A DNA stretch of 41,071 nt from a virus (Duplodnaviria > Caudoviricetes): the IMG/VR virus record IMGVR_UViG_3300048848_000111, positions 1-41,071 of that record. The stretch is one strand, 5' to 3'. Positions 41,008 through 41,071 of this stretch are shown here, piece by piece. Each line of letters begins with the position of its first letter. Within the stretch, counting starts at the first letter, position 1. Position numbers and translations under genes: made by a program. A model generated the notes under the pieces. It was given only the letters and a program-made list of their open reading frames with translations, had not been told where the DNA came from and did not search any database.

Positions 41008-41018
41008 GCTAAGGCGGC
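40946..41018 (-). tRNA. tRNA-Thr(CGT), reconstituted after integration
   Basis: GCCGCCT/AGGCGGC acceptor stem, GCTC/GAGC D stem, ATTCA-CTCGTAA-TGAAT anticodon arm, CCGGG-TTCGATT-CCCGG T arm. Confidence 0.97.
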
Positions 41019-41071
41019 CTGGCCGGCGCACAGCGCGCGGCACAGCAACAAAGCATAGCCGATTCGGGAGG

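Noticed and set aside
1-41071. Diversity-generating retroelement, retron, IS element or invertase shufflon
   Set aside because: No reverse transcriptase, transposase or serine recombinase motifs seen, and no adenine-specific TR/VR repeat pair noticed.

Overview
The window is an apparently complete temperate siphovirus prophage of about 40.8 kb (162-40984) in a high-GC host. The gene content points to an actinobacterium, probably Microbacteriaceae-like (inference). It is integrated into a tRNA-Thr(CGT) gene and flanked by a perfect 40-bp att core (162-201 / 40945-40984). The att core lies inside the repressor gene. The excised form of the repressor gains a 31-aa tail ending -AKAA, and the integrase ends -LAA, which matches the integration-dependent immunity layout of mycobacteriophage BPs. 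Most genes are on the minus strand. The early region has cro, BRO-N, three DNA methyltransferases, a replication initiator, VRR-Nuc, an HD hydrolase, RtcB and an orphan Xre/MbcA-type antitoxin. It is followed by HNH/cos/terminase, head, tail (with a -1 frameshift chaperone) and lysis genes. Two features are not explained by standard annotation. (1) A homologous ACGCGT-palindrome array sits inside a Zn-finger beta-class methyltransferase gene and recurs in two distant intergenic gaps. (2) Two 140-bp gapless repeats with covarying hairpins and a possible pseudoknot each head a small antisense gene, nested in-register inside one long early ORF. All product calls come from motifs and synteny read by eye; no database searches were run.
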